Assembly: GCA_028534125.1 (NCBI GenBank)
Contig: CM052818.1
Location: 19,160,001-19,224,000 of the forward strand
Length of the DNA: 64,000 nucleotides
Reading direction: 5' to 3'
Source of the DNA: Lama glama
Lineage: Eukaryota
The notes under the pieces were generated by a model. It saw only the letters and a list, made by a program, of their open reading frames with translations, was not told the origin of the DNA and searched no databases. Shown piece by piece: positions 12,785 to 26,325 of the stretch (positions are counted from its first letter, which is position 1; each line of letters starts with the position of its first letter). Made by a program: the position numbers and the translations under genes.

Positions 12785-13929
12785 CTCCTGGAGGTAAAGT
12801 AAGTGTAGTGCCTGACTTGGCCCTGGCCTTCCCAGGTGTGGGTGTCCCAGTTTTCCCCATAGGCTGCTTCAAAGGCAGTCTCTCCCCTACACCCAACCCC
12901 TCGTGTCCATTTCTTCCCCTTACGGTGCCCCTGAAGCCTGGCATCCATGAGGCTGTGCTCCCTCCTCTCATGCCTACAGCCAGCTTCCTCCCAGCATGCC
13001 AAATCCCAGGGGAACTGTCAGGTTTCCATCTTACTAGACCCTTCTATAAGTTTCTGACCCCTCACCCCATCATTCCTGCTTCTTAAACCACTTGCCTCCT
13101 CTGACTTCAGTGACTTCATTCTCTCCTGCGTCTGTGCTCTCCCTTTGGTCTCCCTTTCTGAGTCTAACCCTTCGGCTACTGCTCTGCTCTGAGCAACCCC
13201 ACCTCTCTGATACTGCAGCCTCTGACCAGGACCCCTTTAGGCTGTCCCCAACAAAGCAGCCAGAGAGTGGCTTCTTCTTTTATCACTGTCATGTAAAATT
13301 TTTAGTAGATAAATGTTGATTGAGAGCATATAAATACTGCATACAAAATACAAACTAATATGCCCTCCAATATTTCCCTTGTTACAATTGAAAGATTATA
13401 GGCTTGAGAGATGAGGCTGTGAGATAGGAGACCGGCTCAGACTCAAGGAAGAAGCCATTTATGTCGTGTTATTTCCCATGGATTCAATTTTCTCATCTAC
13501 AAAATGGGACAATGATGACATTCTCTTTCTGAGTTGTGGTGATGACCAAATGAGATAAGACATAACAATCTGCTCCATACACTGTCCAGAGATATTAAAA
13601 ATGTTGATGGTTATTCTTATCATCTTAATACCTTCTAAAATGGCATGGGATTCTGCTCACAGAGGAAAAAAGACAGTTATATTCAGCATCTCAGCTGTCC
13701 CTTGAAATCTACTTGAATATTTATTATAGTTCTTCCTCTCTGTATAAAACCACTCGTTTATCTTTTTATCCCTCATGTTAAAATCCAGTGAGAGTGGGAG
13801 GCTTTTTCATATTCTGGGGCATTTGTGTAACTTTGCCCTGAGAGTGTCCATGAGAGATTTGCTGACTAATCTCTCTGCCCAGTGTTTCCTTTATTTTTCC
13901 CTCTTCTCTTCTCCTCCGCCTCCAGCTCC

Positions 13930-14315
13930 CTGCCTCAGAGCCTTTGCTCTGGCTGGGAGATTGCCAACACTCTGACCCCCCCGCCCCAGATGTCACCTCC
14001 TTCCAGTCCTTCGTCAGATGTTACTTCCTTAACAAGGCCTGTCTCACTCAGTGCTGCAACCTGCCTCCTCCCTCTGCAGCCCCTCAGCCAACTCTGTGGT
14101 ATTCTCCTTCTTTCCATAGCACTTACCACTTTCTAATACACCACGTAGTTTACTTGCATATTATGTTTGTTTTTTATTACGCATCCCTCATGCTGAAATG
14201 AAAGCCTCGTGAGGACAGGGAATGCTGTCTGTTTGGATCACTCTTGAATCCCAAGGGCCTAGCATAGTGCCTGGCAGATAGTAGGCCCTCAGTAAGTATC
14301 TGTTGAGTGAATGAA
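13930..14315 (+). mobile_element. L2 3' end
   Basis: cctagcatagtgcctggcagatagtaggccctcagtaagtatctgttgagtgaatgaa terminus. Confidence 0.8.
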
Positions 14316-14808
14316 AGCCTCCTTCACAGGCTCCCCTTCTGCCCTCTAAATGCTAGGGTTCCCCAGGGGCCCCTGTTCTTATACTGTACATGCTCTTGGG
14401 AAGTCTTATCCACATGAGCCTTGAATCCATGTTCCAACCCAGATCTCCCAAACTCTCTCCCACCTGCTTGGCTAAGGCATCTTTACTACTCCGCCAGTAG
14501 CACCTCCTCTAGGAAACTCGCCCAGACTTCTCTTGTTTCCTGGGATCCCGTGATGTCTCCCATGCTGTCATTTTCACAGGGTATCATGGCCAATCTCTTG
14601 AGAACACAGGCCTTATTCTTATTTATTTATAATTAAAAAAATAACAATGCTTCTTGGGAGAAAAGTTGTGGTTTCAAAAGTAGTAACTACCCTATTTGCA
14701 CCATAGGAAAAGTGAAATATTTATAAAAGCATAAAGAAAATAGAAATAAAAATCATCCATATTTTCACAACCTAGAGTATGCTCCACCTATGGAATTAAA
14801 TACATGTG

Positions 14809-14811
<3 letters not shown>

Positions 14812-14854
<43 letters not shown>
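14812..14854. repeat. (AC)~21 microsatellite
   Basis: Perfect dinucleotide run. Confidence 0.97.
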
Positions 14855-14856
<2 letters not shown>

Positions 14857-15034
14857 GCCAAATAAATTGGAAGACTTGGAAGGAGTTTCTCTAAAAAGAA
14901 ATAATGAGTAGCATCTTATGGAATGCTAAGTGCACAAGTGTTTTGAGAAAGACAAAAGCAGTCTCTGAGAGCTAGGAGCTGGCCCGGCTCTCGCAGCTAT
15001 GCGTTGATGGGGGAGTGGTGTGGGGGTGTTCTGA

Positions 15035-15519
15035 TGTTGAACATAAGCAATTTCTGAGGACATCTATATCAGAGAAGGCCATCTTGTGACCAACGTGGAG
15101 TGAGAGAAAAACAAAACCACTCACCCATAATCATGTCTGAACCCACAGACCACATAAGAATATTATCCAAGCCACAAAAAGGACCAAACAGCCCCATCTG
15201 GTTAACATGAGCGCCTGCTGCTGCTTTACCAATCACGGCTTTGACCTTACCCCGTTATTACCCTCTTCTAGGTAAGAATTATTAAGATACCCAATCCCAG
15301 AATTACCCCTGCTCCCTGGCAGCATCCAATCCGGAGCAAAGCTCTGCTTTCTTGAGCCCTCCCCCGAGTCACCGACTCAAGCCCAAATCTTAAATGAGTC
15401 CTTCCTGATAGCTGCTGACTGAGATGCCCCCAGCTCCCCACAGGGTACAGTCTCCCTTGTTACAGTGAGTCAATAGACTCAGTTTTGTTCCATTGCTGGT
15501 GTGTTCCTGGCAGCCTTCA
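15035..15519 (+). mobile_element. ERV solo LTR (family not assigned)
   Basis: TG...CA termini, about 485 bp; TATA-like cttaaat and degenerate polyA signal caatagac near the 3' end. Confidence 0.55.
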
Positions 15520-18500
15520 GCTGCAGGTATGGACACTACTGAATCTCCGAGTATTGCTCCTCTCCCCAACGCCCGGCACACAGCAGGTCCCAAAACACGT
15601 TAGGTGAATTAACTGAAACCACATTTCTGATATGAAACCTGCGTGCAGTCGCTAGACAAACTGCCAGTGTCACCAGGAAGTTAGCAGCTATTCCTGGAGC
15701 CCTTGCACTATAAAAGCTGAGAGGAAACCTAAGACATGGGCCACGTCGTCACTGGCAAGGGAACACAGAAACACACAGGGTTAAATAATGTTCTGGGGCC
15801 ACAGTCAATACTATAGGGGCTATTCTGAGCAGCACATAATTAGATGTCTGATGAACTAAAAGTGCTGTCAGGTGACCAATGGGATTCAGTAGGTGAATAG
15901 GAAAGGAAATAAGTTGATACAGACCTTGAGAGGTGGGAACGCCAGGTGCAAAGGCATGGAGGAGGGAATGTTCGTGGTGTGCTTGCTGGACACTAGGTCC
16001 TCCAGGCCGGGATTCTGCCCACCTTGCTCACCTCGTCTCTCCACGTGCCTGGCACAGAGCAGGCTTTCAGTAATTACCTGGTAGATGAGTATGAGTGTGT
16101 ATGAAACAGTGAGGGAACCCCTGGCCCTGAAGAAGGTTCAAAGAGGGGAGATGATGTTAGAAAATTAAGTTGGGGCCTTGAATCCCAGTCTAAGAAATTC
16201 CAGATCTTCCTGAACTTGGGAGCTCACGTGGCGTGAGCTGGGCAGAGCTGTGCTTCCGTGCCATCTATCTGGCACAATGTGCAGAATGGACCAGAAGGAG
16301 GGAGAATGTTTCCAGAAAACCAGGAGTCTGGGTCCCAAGCCACCAAAGTCTCTCTATGCCAATGTGAGGAGGGGGTTAAAAGCAAGGTGATGAGGTGGAA
16401 AGAATGTGGGATTTGGGGTCAGCAGACCTGAACTGGAATCCTGGTTGTGCCATTTTCTGTGACCTTGGACAAGGTCCTTAACACCTCTGAGCCCCAGCCT
16501 CTGCCTCCTGTTGCTCACCATAGTCCCAGGGCAGCAGCAAAACGTAGGGCATTTTGGCCACAGCTAGCCCTCCTGCACGGTACGTTTTGCCAGAGGCCAA
16601 GTCAGGCCTTAAGAGGTGGAAAGAGCCATGAATGCCGGGCTTGGGACCTGAGTGCTGGTGGTGGTCTCTCCCTCGTTATTGTATTTCCCCCAGCCTTGGT
16701 TTCCATACCTGAACAATGACCAGAAGCCACACACTCCCCTAGCCTCCAGGGGCTGCTCTAGGGGTACATCTGTGAAAGCACCAGCAGAGCCCAGGGTACA
16801 GAGTGGGGCTTCCATGAACCAGTGATCAACCTTCCTCCCTCCCCTGCAGGGTGGCTGAGAGGAGGACATGCAGTAGGAACCAGCCCCTGCCCTCAACCCT
16901 TAGCCTCATTCCAGGTGCCACAAGTCCAGGCCCTCCTGACCCAGCCAGGCCCCACCAGAGCCCCTCGCGCATGTTTCCCAGGCTGTCAGGCAAGGGGCCG
17001 TGTCAGTGGGCCAGCAGGGCACACAGTGTTCCCCGGAGCCCCTCAACAGTCCTTCCCTGGCTGCAGCTTAAAGTGTGGTTTGTTTTCTTTATGCCTTCTT
17101 GGCTTGATTTCTCCTCTGGAGCAGCCAGCCAGGCTGCCTTCTGTGAGGAGAGGTTCGGGGAGGTGGCAAGGCACTGGGGCCAGCTCAGTGGGATGGATCC
17201 TGAGCCCTAAGGAGTGGCCCCAGGGCATGAGCCTCTCAGGCATTGGCCCCTTTCCACATGTCTCCCCTCAGCCCAGGTGCAGAGATCCTCTCTAAACTGT
17301 GGCTCATAGCTCCCTGGGGAGGGATGGGGAGTGCTTCTCCAGGTGAATAAACTGACTCTACTGAGGGGAGTTGGCACTGGGCACGCGAGAGCAGGAGTCT
17401 TTGCTTGACAGGAATCACTAGGTTCCCTTTAAAAAAATCTGCTCCTCTATGATCAAGGATTGGGGCAGGATGTGATTCAACTGACACTGTATTGACACTT
17501 CCAAGCAGGGGTTGATGGCCCTGCCTTCTCCCCACAGCAGGTCTGTCTGCGCTTCTGGGAGGTGGCCTGTGCCTCACCACAGCCCTGCGTGGGGACCCTG
17601 AGTTGGGGGGAGCCAGGATGGGGCTGGTGGGCTTTGGGGCTTTCCTCATCTCACTGCCCCAACTCTGGGCAATTGTTGGCCAGACTTCTGTCCCTCTGAC
17701 TTCTGTCCTTGCCTAACCCAGCCTGGGATTCAGTCTTCTCCCAAAATTCTGGGCTGAGGCTAGGGCTCTGCTCTTTTTGTGGTGGGCAGGAGGGGCGGTG
17801 ATCTCATCCCTGAAAAGGATTAGTCATCAGAGAGACAGGGACAGATCTGGGGGGGCAGGACGGAGGACGGGCTCTATGTAAATGAGTCAGCTCTGAGGGC
17901 CGAGCTTGACAGCTGCTCCCCGGGACAGGTTGTTAAGCGGGCGCTACCCGGAGGCAGGAGTAGTTAACTGGCTTTTAATAACTCATTTTGCTGAATGATT
18001 TCTGGTGAGGAGAGAAAACCTTAATCCCACAGATGAAGCGCAGGATCAATCAGCCCCACCGGCAAGGAAAACAGCACTGAGGTTCAAAGCAGTTCTCGAG
18101 GTCACTTGCCCATGACTCCCAGATTACCGAAACTTTCCTAATGTTAAAAAACCACTGGCCTGCAGTCTGTGGGGTTCAGCTTTCTTTTCCAACCCCACTC
18201 CCCACACTGGCCGGCACTCTCAGCCATCCCTACCCCACCTCCTGCTCTCAGCAAACAAAGATCATCCCAAAGGCCCCCAAAGAACAAGTCAAGAGCAAAG
18301 CAAACAGGTGAATGAGGAGGGCCCGCTTTATCCCTGTGACCTGCTTTTCTTTGTTCTGGGTTTGTCCTGAGTCAGGAAGCACCTAGCACGAGCCCAGCCC
18401 TGCTATGCCCATGGAGAGAAGGCACGAAGTGCCATGGCCCTCAGGGATCTGTCTGTCCATCTGCTTTACAATTTAGACAAATCCTCCCGAGCAGGCAAAT

Positions 18501-19852
18501 GGAGCAGCCCACAGCCTCAGCTTCCACACAACAGCCCCACTCTCCAGTGTCCTGCCCCACTGCCACACTCAATCTTGGGATGGAGAAGGTGGTGCCTCCC
18601 ACCCAGTACAGGGGCCAGAGCCGGAGGCCAGCACAGAGGGTATGCTGCCACTCACCTGGGACTCTGAGGACACGGAGGCCTGGTGAGGTGAAGGGACAGC
18701 AAGTTAGTGGTGGAGTCATCTTGAGTGTTCCTGGGGGCTTTTCCTTGCTGCCAAAATTCCTAGTCATGTTTCGCCCAGGCCGTGCTTCACCTCAGGCTCT
18801 TCAGCTGTGATGTAAGGGCCAGGCCTCACTCGCGGTGTTTCCCAGTTAAGCTTGCTGCTCCTTGAGCACTTGCCGTGTTCTAGGTGCTGTGGGAGGCACG
18901 TGGGAACCACCTCCTTATTTACTCCTCACAACAACCTTCAGAGGTGGGCAGGCATCAGGCTATTTTTAGAGGGAGCAGTACGTTGTCCTCATCGCCCTGT
19001 TAGCAAGTGGAGGCGCCAGAGCCTGACGCCACAGCACCTGCTCTCAACTCCAAGAAAGCTGATGTTGGCCTTTGCCAAGCCTACAGGGAAGAAGATTCAC
19101 TGAATTTATCGCCTGCAGCTTGACGTTTCCAGAGCTTGTAAATTTCTACAAGATCTTGTCCTCCTGCCACAGGTTCATCAGCTCCATCAGCAAGTTACTA
19201 GCATTGTCTGTGAGCCAAACACCAAGCTCCACGGGGAGCCAGGCAGACCAAACCTGTCACACACACCCAGCCCCTCACCTTGGTCTGTGCACAGCATGCT
19301 CCCAGTGGAGCACACATTTCTCAAACCCAAGCCTCTACTTCCTCCCTTTCAAAATCCCACTCACCCTTCAAGACTCTTGCCAATGGAGCAGGTGAACCTG
19401 TGGCAGGACAGGTTTTAGCCCATTCACGCTAGAATCTCCACCTTATGGTACTCAGGCTGAACTTGCAGGAGCTCTGTCGGAGTGAAAGTTTCACCTGGCA
19501 CCTCTAGAAGCTTCTCCAGCATCCGGGCCTGGCATCCAGCAACATGCCTGATCTTGTAGCAATTTACACCTCTCACCTCTCCAGAAGCTTCCCTCCTTCT
19601 CCCCAAGAGTCAGTGTCTCTGCTCCAACCACAGAGCTGCCTGAAGGCAGCCCCACCCTCTGCCCCACAGCCCACCTCACATCTCCCACTGTTCTCTGTAG
19701 AGGGAGAGGCACTTGTGAGAGCTTTAGGCTCCTTGACTATTGAAGTAAGCCTGTTAATCCCTCCTCCAGCCAGTCAGAAAGCATCACAGGAGATGGGGAT
19801 GTTGGGAGAGGCTTCCCAGAGGAGTGTGCCATGCAGACAAGTCGGGCCATGG

Positions 19853-20031
19853 GTAGAGTTGCCAGACTTGGCAAATAAAAATACAGGGCTACCAGTTAAA
19901 TATGAATTTCAGAAAAACAACAAATCATTTTTAGCATAAGTATTTCCCACGCAGTGTTTGAGATCTACTTACACTAAACAAAATTGTTTATCTGAAATTC
20001 ACATTTATCCAGGAGTCCTGTATTTTATCTG
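19853..20031. mobile_element. MER53 hAT-type MITE
   Basis: agagttgccaga...aaataaaaatacagg...tgaatttcaga, with the inverted mate tctgaaattcac...cctgtattttatctg. Confidence 0.8.
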
Positions 20032-23000
20032 ATGAGTCCTAATGGGTCCGTTCCCCTCCTCTGTCCACTGACCCCACATCTCACCTTTTTCACTCTCTCT
20101 GATATTTAACTCTCATCTTTGAAAAGTTCTTGAAATGTTTACTTTCAGTTATTCAGTCAACAAATAATTCTCAGTGCCTACTTTATACATAATTCCCTGG
20201 TTCACTGTAGAGAATAGAAGCTGAATAACAACTAGCTTTTATTAAGGACTCATTTAAGTGCTTGGCACTGTTCTAAGTGTTTTGCATATATTGACTCAAT
20301 TTAATACAAAAATTATGGAAGGTATATTATCATCTCCACTTTATAGATGAGAGAATTGAAGCACAGCAAGATTAATTAATTTGCTCAAAGACACACAGCT
20401 AGCAAGTAGTAGACCTAGGATTCAAACCTCAGCATCCCAGTTCCAAACAGCCAACATGATTTGGTCCCTACTCACAGGGGTTCCCAATCTCATTGTGGAG
20501 GCAGGCCACAAAAGTAATTAATGCTAAAAGTCATCTGTGCTTGGTACTTAAAATAACATTCACTGATCAGCTTCAGTGGCCTCACCTGGGAACTGTAATT
20601 GTAAGCCCCACCCCAGACTCTAACAACATCCCTAGGTGGTTCCTAGATAATCAAGTTCTAGAATCACTGCTCCAAACAAGTAGAGAAATGGCTTATTCAT
20701 TCACTCAGCAAACTTGGCCCAGCACATTCTACATGTCAGGACCTTTTCTAGGCATTGCGGTGTCGCAGTGACTTGTTTAAAACATGGGAAATCCTCGTGA
20801 ATGTTTTTAAATGTCTCATCCTTAATTCTTCATGAGGGTAGAGAACAGCATTTCCCAAAGACTACTCTTTGAAACACTCAAGTCACCTGAGGTAATTAAA
20901 TACACTCAATGGTCAAATTAGTTTGGGGAACACTGAATAAGGTTAGCATAGCCCTCTTAGATTCATAAATCATATCAACTCAATGAGCACTCTGAAAAGT
21001 CCTGCAGTAAGTAAACCTGTTTCACTTTAACTTTTTTTTTTTAAATCATGGGAATTCCCCCCACCTCCCATTATCTACTTACCATCTTATCTTGAGGAAC
21101 ACACTTTGGAAGGTTGTATCACAATTTACGAAGAGGGTTCACACCAGGTGGTCGACATCTTACAGATGAAGAAATCCAGGCTCAGAGGAGTTAGTGAAAA
21201 TGACTTGCTTCAATCACTTGGCTGATAGAGGCTACAACCAAAGTAAAAGCTTTGAGTTCATGTCTGGTACTATTTCCTTGACCCTGGGATGTTTAATCAG
21301 GCCGTTAACCATCAGCGCCTGTTGAAGTGTGGTTGCATGTCACAGGAGCCTTAAGCAGGATAAGGGATTTATGGGTTCATGCAACTGGAAGTCCAAGGAT
21401 AGATCAGGCAGCCTAGCCAGGTTGATTTGACAGCTTATTAGGGTCATCAAGAACTCATTTCTTTCAGGATACCTTGACTCAGACTTCTGCTGTGTCAGCT
21501 TCATCTAAGGCTGGCTCCTCATGGCTGCAGATGGTCACCAACCACTCCTGGGGCCACCTCCTGCTCCCTCCACACCCAGGGCAGTTCTCTTTTAAAAGTG
21601 AGAGGCATTTAACCCAGAAACTATCAGGGAAACTCTTCTCCCATCTGATTAGCCTGAATGGGACAAGATGCCCATTCCTGAGCCAATCTCTGTAGCCATG
21701 GAAATACTATCCATCCTTGAGCCAATCATGGTAAGAGACTGGATTATCCTGATTGGCCTAGACTAATGGAGCACTCCCTGGAGTTGGGTCAGTTCTCCAA
21801 GGAGCCTGGCTGCTATACGTTGTGGGGGAGGGGATGTGGGTGATGGTTGTTAAGAAAACAGCTGCAATGTTCACAGCAAGGGTTTTAAGTCACTTGAAAT
21901 TTAAACCAACAAACCATCATGGTGTACATTTTTAACACCTTCAGTTTTGTATATCAACTATACTTCAATAAAGCTGAAAATTTTTTTAAAAGAAATTTAA
22001 ATCAAAATATTTGAATCAACTATACTTCAATTGTGCATATATGAATATATATATTTGAAATTAGGCAGTTTCCAACCGGTAGGGTCATCAGGGATACGGT
22101 ATAACATTGTTTCTTAAAAGAAGGGCTTTAGCCCATTCGCACTAGAATCAGGGGACACTTGTTAAAATGTAGATTCCTGGGCATCTCTAAGTAAGCCTCT
22201 GAAGTGGGTCCTGCCTTGGAATCTGCATTTTAATCATACATTCCAGTTGCTTGTATCAGCCCTGGTTTACACATGCTGCCCTGGGGTAATTATTTGCTCT
22301 GCAAAGTATCCTGGATTGGATTATAAATTACATTTCCCCTCTTCCAAGTTGACACAGCAGAGCCAGTGAGAAAGGTCCCCCCTCCCCCTGAAGTGATGAG
22401 CCCAGACTTCCCATCTGGCGCAGTAGAAAGGGCTTCAGGGTCAGCTCAGCCACTTACAAACTATAATTCTGTTGAATACCTTCACCTTTCTTGGCCTATG
22501 TCCTTGCCTGCAGTGTTGGGGTTGATGACAAGGTGGTTGGGGGTACTGGATGAGAGGACATGTGTCCAGTGTCCAGCACAGAGGCTGCCACCCAGGGCCC
22601 AATATAGATCAGCACTGGCCTCCCCATCTGGCTTCCAGGCTCTCTGAGCTGAACTCCAGAGGCCCTGTCACTAGGGCCCCATTTGCGAAGGCGGCACCAG
22701 ACAGGCTGTGGGAACGAGCTTCACAGCTTTTGTCAAAGTGGCATAATAAAGCCCCCAAGTGTCTGCTTTTTGCAAACTGGGATGGCAGATCAATTGTGGC
22801 ATAAACAAAATAACAGGTTTGGTGCAAACCCGGGGACAGATTACGCCTCTGCAGGGTGTGAGTGGGGTAGGGGGATAATTTGCGGGATGGCTGGGTATGC
22901 CTTTTCTCTGGTTGAAGCTTCCAGGCCCCTCTGCAGAGTCAGCCTGGCTCCCCGCAGATTGCCAGCGCTTAGGGGACTGTTCTTTCATTCTGCGAAGCAT

Positions 23001-25914
23001 CTGGCTAGGCTATAGCACCAGGCGTGGACCCTACCACCCTCCCTCAGCAAGAGGCCTGACCTGGGGCCTCAGTGTCCCCAGAGCTCTGAGCCTCTTGGTC
23101 CAGTTGATGAGGAAGGAGGGTAGACTATGCCCCCTCCACCCTGTCTCTGGAGCTAAGCTGACAGTAGGGTCTGGAGGAAAGCACAGGGAAGTGAAGTGGA
23201 CACAGGAGCCAGATCTCTGGAATCGAGGCAGTGAGAGGGACTTTTGCCTTGGGTGCCCTCTGTGCTCTCAGAGAACCTCTTGACCTGCCTGTCATTCTGG
23301 GCAAATAGTGCCACAGCTAGTCAAGCATTTGGTGTCATTTTGGGCCTGCAGTCATGGCCATGGGGAAACCTCAGGACAAATTCTGGCCCAGCCTCTATGT
23401 GGGGGTGGCAGGGAAAAGCTGTGCCTGGCCCAGGGGTGAGCTACCAGCAGAAGATGGGTAGGGATCTGTGCAAACTCTCAAAGAAGGCAGCCTATATACT
23501 CTGTGAGGGCAGGGATGGCATCTGTCTGGTTTTATTCTGTGTCCCTGAGCCTAGCACAAGGCCTCCCAAACCAGGTCCTTCGTAAGTGTCTGCTGGACAA
23601 AAGAATGAGAGGTGGATGCTGGTCTTCTGGCTGCACACCTGGTGGTGGCATCATGTAGAAGCCTCAGCAAAGGCCACAGCCCTGTGGGGAAGGAGAAGGG
23701 TCGGTAGAGAAATGGGTCTCATTCTGGGTTCCATCACCTGGGAAGAGGCAGGTCCTTGGCAAGAAATCCAGACTCTAAAGGGGGTGCTGGGGCAGAAGCC
23801 AGGAGTCCAGACATGGAGGAGTCTGGAGGAATCTGAGGATGCTCCTCAAAGTGGAGATTGCCTTTGACTCAGGGGTAGGTCAGGCAGGGCCTGTCTTGTG
23901 AGAAACCCACGGGGCAGATGAGTCCCCAGTCTGGGAGCAACCAGCTGGACTGTCAGCTGGAAGCAGTGGTCCCCTCTGTGCCTCATTCCTCCTGCTGTCC
24001 TCAAGCCCTGGGGTGAGGCTGGTTTGAATAGCCCTGCTGTCTCAGCTGTGCCAAGGGAAGGGGGATGAGTCTGCGTTGGTGGGAAAATTGATGAGCAGTG
24101 GTCCCTCTCCCCAGCAATGGTCAGTGGAAAGAGCCACCAGAAGTGGGAGGACTCTTGGGGACAGGAGTTGTGACTGAGGGTCAACCACTCTCCCTGTGTG
24201 AGAGTGCTCTCCTGCTGCCAGGCCTAGAGGACTGCAGTTCGGGCCTCTAAGAAGAATGGAGGCCCATGGTGTTCTCAGAAGACAGTCTAGGGTCATGAAA
24301 AGGGCAGATATTAGACACCAGCCGACTTTGGTTTCAGTCTCAGCTCCACCATTTCTGGGCTGTGGGGTCATGGCAGCTACTTGGCCCCTCGACCCCTCGT
24401 CTGATAATCAGGGACGTGCCTCCCTTATGGGTTGCAGAGATGGAGCAGGGTGAGGCCTGTGGGGCTGGCACTGAGAGAGGGGGGCCTTCACCACAGCGAG
24501 AGTGAGTCCAGGTGGAACCAGTTTATTAAATGGGCTGACACAGGAAATGGCTTTGTCTTCATCTATGGTTTTAAAGAACTCCCCCTTTGGATTCGTTAAT
24601 AATATCTTAGATAGATGCTAGAGTTTTTCCAATAAATTTTTTTAAATACCAGCAGTTTTTAAAATGAGACTTATTCTCAGATGTCCACTCCAATCTAAAT
24701 CTAATCTTCAAATTCACTTCTAATCAAAGCTCAGTCTCTCCCTCAGCTCTGGCTTGGCCCCTGGCTTGGGGACCTGCAGTGTGGGAGGGGTCATCTGTTT
24801 GCTTGTTCTTGGTCTTACATCACTGGTGCCACTATCATCCTTTTGCTGGTGGCACCAAGATGCCCACTGTTAAGACAGATAGACCCATTCATGGAGCCCG
24901 TATGGTCTTTGGAGACCACCCTCTTACACAGGGACCACTGCCCTACATCTTTCCCTGAGTGGGCAGTGCTTCCTGTGACTACCTCGCATGCTGTCTCCCG
25001 CCCTCTGCCCCTCAGGCCCCCTTGATCACACAGCAGCCCTCCTGGGGAGTCTCTTCAGCTCTGGCTGCCTTCTGCAGAGTCCATTTGACATGTGTCACTC
25101 ACACACATCCTTGACTCAGGATGCCCTAGGAGCACAGACTGCCCCAACTGCTGCCCTCTTCCCGCCCCTACCTGTGTGGGCTGCTCCGGTCAGCCTCTGG
25201 CCCAGAGAGCTCTCCTGCACAGCTTCAGACTCCAGGAGACACCTCTGGCTCTCCCCCCATGTTCCACTCCAGTGCTCCTGGATGAGCCTTTGAGTGTCCG
25301 CAGCTCAGCCAGCATCCACCAGGAAGTGAGCTGCCAGGCCACACTTGCTACAGCCTGAGGGCCTCTCAATCACCTCCCCCCATCATCTCTTGACCTGGGA
25401 ATGCCACAACACTCCTTCCTACTTCAAGACCATCTCCTATTATCCTTGGATAATTTCTAGCCTGAAGGTGGGTGGTGGGGCTACTGGTCACCAGACCAAT
25501 TTTGCTGTTTTAGCAGATCCAACATAGATGTACCTAGAACTTCTCTTTAGAATGAGGGCTAATGTATCACATGTCACTCTTAGCTTTAAGACTTTAGATG
25601 ACAATTTTAAAGAATAAGGAAATCCCATTCAGTATTCTCTTAAGCACAGGATTTATATTCCAGGCTCAGGATTTTTGATCTCTGTAGGAATTTAGCCAAG
25701 TGATTCCCCTACTAGCAGTATTGTTTTCCCTTCATGAGTAGCAGCAGTGTTGTGTATGATGTTCTAAGCACCAGGCTAGAAGCCAGGACACGTGCATGGC
25801 ATCTGTCTCCCACAAGCTGTACGTCATGTCCCCTCTGCCCCTACTCCCTCGCCTGTACAGTGAGTAGGAGATCAGAATTAAGGTCCCTCACAGCTCTAAC
25901 AGTCTAGGCATTTT

Positions 25915-26325
25915 GACATTTTTATTATGAGAGTACAAAAAACTTATAAAATACATAGTCTGACAAATTATTACACAACTAACACCCATGAAACCACCTA
26001 GATCAACAGAACATTTTCAGCACTCCAGACACCCCATAAGTTCCCTTCTAGTCACCACACCCTGCCACTCCCAATTCTGACTTTACCAAAATCACTTCCT
26101 CGCTTTTCCTTATTTTACCAGCCAAGATTCCACCCCTCAAAAAATATTGTAGATCGGTTTTGCCTAGTTTTAATTTTTATATAAATGGAATAATTCTCTT
26201 GTGTTCAGCTCCTTTTGTTTAACATTCTTTTGTGAGATTCATTCATGTTGTTGCAAGTAGCAGTGGTTTATGCTTTTTCGTTGATATATAGTATTTCCTT
26301 GTATGAATAGACCATAACTTAGTTA
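25915..26325 (-). mobile_element. Old L1M 3' fragment
   Basis: ataaatggaat...gagattcattcatgttgttgc...tagtatttccttgtatgaata. Confidence 0.7.
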
